A DNA stretch of 64,000 bases, taken from NCBI GenBank assembly GCA_963716725.1, contig CAVQUB010000034.1, forward strand, positions 1 through 64,000, read 5' to 3'. This DNA is from an uncultured delta proteobacterium (lineage in GTDB: Bacteria; Myxococcota_A; Polyangia; Polyangiales; Polyangiaceae). The notes under the pieces were generated by a model that ran no database searches, was not told the DNA's origin, and saw nothing but the letters and a program-made list of their open reading frames with translations. The number at the start of each line of letters is the position of its first letter. Position 1 is the stretch's first letter. Both the position numbers and the translations under genes were made by a program. Below, piece after piece: positions 60,040-64,000 of the stretch.

Positions 60040-60627
60040 CTAGAGGAACACGCCCGAGAGCGCCATCGGGATCTGGGCGTTACCAACGATCTTGATCTTG
60101 CCGCCCATGGCCAGCTGCATGGGGTTTTGCTTGCCCGTCTGCATGTCCATGAAGTCGCTCATCTTGCACTCGAGGCGACAATCGGGAGCGTCGATCTTGG
60201 GCTCGGCTTTGCCCGGCGTGATGGCCAGCCTGTGCGTTGCGCCGCCCGCGTCCACGACGAACGCGACCGTGCCGGCGATGTTCTGCACGAGCTTCACGCG
60301 CTCGGCATCGACGGTCAGCGCCTTGAACGCCAGCACCTGTTGTTCCGGTTTGATCTCGGCGTCACCTTGCATGATGGCGCCCTGAACGAAGATGGGCTTG
60401 AAGTCCTCGGAGCTGACCGTCACCTGAATGATGACATCGTCGTGCATGCCTTCGGACACCTCGAGGTCACCATCTTTGAGCCGCATCGACCACTCGCCGG
60501 CGCCCTGCACCCGAAACACCATCGAGCCGCTCGATGACTTCCCGGCGAGCCCCGCCTTGAGCGCCTCGAAGCGCGACGGGAGGAACTGGGTGAAGAACTC
60601 TTTGGGCGAATCCGGTACGTCGGTCAT
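60040..60627 (-). CDS. SCP2 sterol/lipid-binding domain protein (tandem domains)
   Basis: GAGEWSM...VTVSSEDF and DFMDMQTGKQNPMQLAMGGKIKIVGN. Confidence 0.8.
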   Translation of the reverse strand: MTDVPDSPKEFFTQFLPSRFEALKAGLAGKSSSGSMVFRVQGAGEWSMRLKDGDLEVSEGMHDDVIIQVTVSSEDFKPIFVQGAIMQGDAEIKPEQQVLAFKALTVDAERVKLVQNIAGTVAFVVDAGGATHRLAITPGKAEPKIDAPDCRLECKMSDFMDMQTGKQNPMQLAMGGKIKIVGNAQIPMALSGVFL

Positions 60628-60759
60628 TGTCTGTGGTTTCCTCGGGCAGGGCCGGAGCACTGCCCGGCGCACCGAATGGATCACGCGGCTTTCGTCGCGT
60701 CAATGATCGCGCTCGGCGAAGCAATTGATGAGCCCGAGCCGCGAGTGTACTGAGCAGGG

Positions 60760-61233
60760 GTGAGCGCCGAACTGGCCCCCGAGCCCAAGCGGCCGACTCC
60801 GGCCAAGGCGTTTTGGGGGCGCTTCGCGGCGGGTCACTTCTTGGCCTATCCGGTCTGCTTTCTGACCTCCGCGGGGGCCCTACCCTACGCGATGATGCTG
60901 CGCCGGGACGAGCTCCTGAACCCCGGACGCGCGGGCGCTCGCACCAAGATCGTCGCCGACGCCGCCCGTGACTTGAAGCTCACGGCCATCGAGGCCGCAC
61001 AGGTCGAGATCGTGCTCGAGTGGGCGATGTGGGCGTGCATTTTGGTGTTCGTGGTCTTGCACCTCGCGGCCCTGCCCTGGTCCTTTGCGGCGGCAAGCGC
61101 CGCGCGGCACCCCGAGCGCGGCGAGGCCGGCGTGCGGCGGGGATTTCGAATGTTTGCGGGCACCGCCGCCACTACGGTGGTGCTGGTGGCGATTTTTGGA
61201 ACCGCCGGCTGGATTTGGGTGCTGACCCGATGA
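60760..61233 (+). CDS. Hypothetical membrane protein
   Basis: Three hydrophobic segments; stop overlaps next ATG. Confidence 0.6.
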   Translation: MSAELAPEPKRPTPAKAFWGRFAAGHFLAYPVCFLTSAGALPYAMMLRRDELLNPGRAGARTKIVADAARDLKLTAIEAAQVEIVLEWAMWACILVFVVLHLAALPWSFAAASAARHPERGEAGVRRGFRMFAGTAATTVVLVAIFGTAGWIWVLTR

Positions 61234-62069
61234 ATGCTGATCCCATGGCTCGCTACGCTCTCTTGGCATCCCTGGCTGCGCTGGCGGCGGTCGCCGCCTG
61301 CGGAGGCCCAACCGACGACGCGGCTGGCGCGGGGGGCTCGGATGGCGGCGCCGGCAAGCCCAACGTCATCCTCGACGGCGGCGGCATCGTCCCTGACGCG
61401 CCCGCGGGGGAGACCTTCTGCCAGAAGGGCGAGTGCAACTACCAGAAGCAAGACTGCGCGGGCGGGAGCGCCTGCTTGCCTTCCGACTCACCGCCAGCCA
61501 CGGGAGACTGGCCGCCCAAATGCATGAGCGCGGGATCGAAGCCGATCGGTGAGAGTTGCTCGGCCTGGAACGACTGCGTCTTGGGCGGGTTCTGCGTGGG
61601 CATTTCGGGAGCGGCGGACGGAGGAGTCGTTCCCGGCACGTGCCGCAAGCTGTGCTGCGGCGGCGATTGGTCCGCCTGCCCGAATGGCCAGAGCTGCGTG
61701 CAGCAGGTCCACTTGGTGCGACCCGGCGGCGGCGACGCGACCTATGCCAACGCCGACGTCTGTGTTCCGGTCAACGGCTGCGACGTGCTCGACCCCAAGT
61801 CCTGCGCCGATCACCCGGGCAAGAGCTGCCAGATCGTGGATCCCACTGGAAACGTCGCGTGCATGACCGCTGGCACTGGCGGCCCTGGCGCGAAGTGCGG
61901 CACGAAGTTGCCCTGCCAGGCGGGCTTTGCCTGCGTTGCGGACGAGTGCCGACGATTGTGCAAGGCGGTCAGCGGCGGCGGAGAGCCCTCGTGCCCGGCC
62001 GCCGAGGGCACCTGCATTCACTACCTTCGCGATCCCGAAGGCGTCGGCGAGTGTACCCCGCTCGACTGA
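61230..62069 (+). CDS. Cys-rich lipoprotein
   Basis: LAALAAVAAC lipobox; DGG tether; two Cys-rich repeats ending CRKLC / CRRLC. Confidence 0.8.
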   Translation: MNADPMARYALLASLAALAAVAACGGPTDDAAGAGGSDGGAGKPNVILDGGGIVPDAPAGETFCQKGECNYQKQDCAGGSACLPSDSPPATGDWPPKCMSAGSKPIGESCSAWNDCVLGGFCVGISGAADGGVVPGTCRKLCCGGDWSACPNGQSCVQQVHLVRPGGGDATYANADVCVPVNGCDVLDPKSCADHPGKSCQIVDPTGNVACMTAGTGGPGAKCGTKLPCQAGFACVADECRRLCKAVSGGGEPSCPAAEGTCIHYLRDPEGVGECTPLD

Positions 62070-62080
62070 CCGCCGACGCG

Positions 62081-62389
62081 TCAGCGACCGAACAGCTTGG
62101 CGATGGTGTGGGTCTCGCGGGCGCCCAGCAAACCAAACTGCACGCCAAAGCCCTCGGGCTTGGCCCAGCGAACCGTCGCTGGAAGCGTCAGCTCGATGCC
62201 GGTGATCGTCGCGGCGATGCTAAGCTCGGTGCCGAAGGGGACCGTTTCCGCAGACTCGATGAACATGCCGCCCATGCTCACGTCCTTCACCGTGCCGCTG
62301 ATGGGCGGCCCCGCCTTGCGCGCGCACGACACGCCAATCTCGACCTGGACCCGAGGGTGACTGCGTTTCTCTTCCAATTTGTCCTCCAA
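62081..62389 (-). CDS. PilZ domain protein
   Basis: KRSHPR (RxxxR) and DVSMGG (DxSxxG), ATVRW, FGVQF. Confidence 0.88.
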   Translation of the reverse strand: MEDKLEEKRSHPRVQVEIGVSCARKAGPPISGTVKDVSMGGMFIESAETVPFGTELSIAATITGIELTLPATVRWAKPEGFGVQFGLLGARETHTIAKLFGR

Positions 62390-62433
62390 GGCGCCTGGCC
62401 GACGGACTCCATCGCGCGCGCGGGAGCCAGAAC

Positions 62434-63354
62434 TTGAGGGCCGCGACCGACGAAGTCAAGACGCCGCGCCCGCAGGTGTCGGGTCGGGGGATTTCCCGAC
62501 ACGTCGAGGGCTGGCAACCGGCCCTGATCGCCATCGTGATGGCGGCGATCGTCGCGCTCTTGGTGGTGCCGCGATCTGCCGCGCCGGACACCTTGCCGCT
62601 GCCCCACCTGGATGCTCGTGAGTCGGAGCGCGCACGCAACCACAGCCGCGATCTCGCGCGCCGAGCTGCGACGGAGCCACTGCCGTACTTGGTCCGCGGA
62701 GTGGGCGAGACCTTTCGAGCCTTTGGACGGGCGGAAGCCGAAGGACGATCGGGCGACGTTGCCCGCAAGCTCCTCGAGCTCCGCGGACTTGCCCGCACGG
62801 CACGCGAGAAGCACGGCGACGACGCCGTGCTCGGGCTCTTGGCCCTTCAGACCGAGCTCTTCCTCGCAGCCGTGCGCGGCTGGGAAGAGGGCAGCGGAGC
62901 CGAGGCGGAGCTGCCGGAGCTCGGAGGCAGCCTCCTGGAGAAGGCCCAGGCGTCGGGGTGGATGCGGGGCGAACGACGCCTGCACGCCGACGACTTCGAG
63001 CGCCGCGCGCTGTTCAAGGTGCGCTGGGTCGAGGCCGCCGGGCTCAGGACCACGGCAGGGTTTTCGCCCAGCGCCAACGAGCTGCGCACCTACTACCGCT
63101 TCATGTTGGCGCGCTCGGGGCGCGCGACGCAAGGCGCCCTCCTCCAGGTCGCTGCGGTCGAGAAGCTCGATCTGGAGTACCCCGGCCAGTTTGCTCGCGG
63201 GGTGCTCTACTACCGGGGCGGACACTTCGCCGAGTCCCTTCAGGCTTTTCGCGCACATCTCTCCAGCAACCCGGACGGGCCCTGGGCGCAGCGCGCAAAG
63301 AACCACCTACTTGCGGCCGCCGAGCGGACACGCGAGACCACGCCCGAACCGTGA
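62434..63354 (+). CDS. Membrane-anchored hypothetical protein with C-terminal TPR
   Basis: TM ALIAIVMAAIVALLVVP; ARGVLYYRGGHFAESLQAF...PDGPWAQRA. Confidence 0.7.
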   Translation: MRAATDEVKTPRPQVSGRGISRHVEGWQPALIAIVMAAIVALLVVPRSAAPDTLPLPHLDARESERARNHSRDLARRAATEPLPYLVRGVGETFRAFGRAEAEGRSGDVARKLLELRGLARTAREKHGDDAVLGLLALQTELFLAAVRGWEEGSGAEAELPELGGSLLEKAQASGWMRGERRLHADDFERRALFKVRWVEAAGLRTTAGFSPSANELRTYYRFMLARSGRATQGALLQVAAVEKLDLEYPGQFARGVLYYRGGHFAESLQAFRAHLSSNPDGPWAQRAKNHLLAAAERTRETTPEP

Positions 63355-64000
63355 ACGCGAACGAGAGCGCCAAAGACTTCGACGATCTAGCTGACGTCCT
63401 GGCGTTGCCGGAGGGACGACGCGTGATCACGCCTCGCGAAGTCGCGTCCTTGCTCGCCGCGGCGACCCGGGTGCATGCCGTCGGCGCCGAGGGTTGCGCG
63501 CCGGCGCTGGTGGCCCGCGCTTTCGCGGAGGCAGGGGCCCACGTGCTCTACGTGGCACCCGAAGTGGATGGCGCGCGACGCGCAGCGGCCGACCTGTCGT
63601 TCGTCGCCAAAGGCAGCGACGCTATCCTCTCGGTGTTGCCGGCGGAGTCCACACCGTGGGCCGACGTCAGGCCCGATCGTCGTGGACAGATGAGCCGCAC
63701 AGGCGCGCTCTTTCACATCGCTCGAGGCCTGCCCTGGCGCTTCGCTGTGACCACCGCAGCCGGGCTCGTACGACGCTTCGTTCCACCCGCTCCGCTCCGC
63801 AACGCGGCAGTCGAGCTGATTGCCGAAGATGAGATCGACGTCAGAGCCGTGGCTGAAAAGCTCTCGCACGCCGGCTATCTGAGGGTTCCCGTGGTCGAAG
63901 ACCCCGGCAGCTTCGCCGTACGCGGCGGCGTCTTCGACGTCTGGCCGCCCACGTCCGAAGAGCCCGTTCGCGCTGAGCTCTACGGTGACTTGATTCTGTC
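63351..64000 (+). CDS. mfd: Transcription-repair coupling factor Mfd, 5' part; runs off window end
   Basis: Manual translation from GTG 63351: ...LSHAGYLRVPVVEDPGSFAVRGGVFDVWPP...PVRAELYGD (UvrB-homology module of Mfd). Confidence 0.88.
   Translation, partial: MNANESAKDFDDLADVLALPEGRRVITPREVASLLAAATRVHAVGAEGCAPALVARAFAEAGAHVLYVAPEVDGARRAAADLSFVAKGSDAILSVLPAESTPWADVRPDRRGQMSRTGALFHIARGLPWRFAVTTAAGLVRRFVPPAPLRNAAVELIAEDEIDVRAVAEKLSHAGYLRVPVVEDPGSFAVRGGVFDVWPPTSEEPVRAELYGDLIL

Overview
GC-rich bacterial chromosome segment. Gene content (TPR-PEGA proteins, many Gly/Cys-rich lipoproteins, Ser/Thr kinase, delta-60 repeat protein, stand-alone PilZ proteins) points to a myxobacterium, probably Polyangia/Sorangium-like (inference). 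The first ~11 kb is an accessory cell-surface locus. It has a TPR-PEGA gene, two paralogous Gly-rich lipoproteins, an Mrr restriction endonuclease, a DUF559 nuclease and two further lipoproteins. A perfect 58-bp direct repeat (2056-2113 / 5787-5844) joins the intact PEGA gene in frame to a headless orphan C-terminal cassette. A ~180-bp fold-back with 24-bp perfect arms lies directly upstream of the DUF559 nuclease. The rest is mostly core genome: GH15, groES-groEL with promoter and CIRCE, acyl-CoA dehydrogenase, OPT transporter, kynureninase-like enzyme plus glutamate-cysteine ligase, LpoB/COG3014, M2 peptidase, a MoxR-DUF58-vWA operon ending in a divergent RlmN-like radical SAM gene, a response regulator with a histone-H1-like tail, DinG, PpiD/SurA, M16 peptidase, ilvE, pal-tolQRAB and the 5' end of mfd. 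Several conserved genes (groEL, M2 peptidase, DUF58, moxR) carry clustered single-base indels that look like assembly or polishing errors. I recognised no rRNA, tRNA, CRISPR array, integrase or transposase. All calls are by eye, without database searches.
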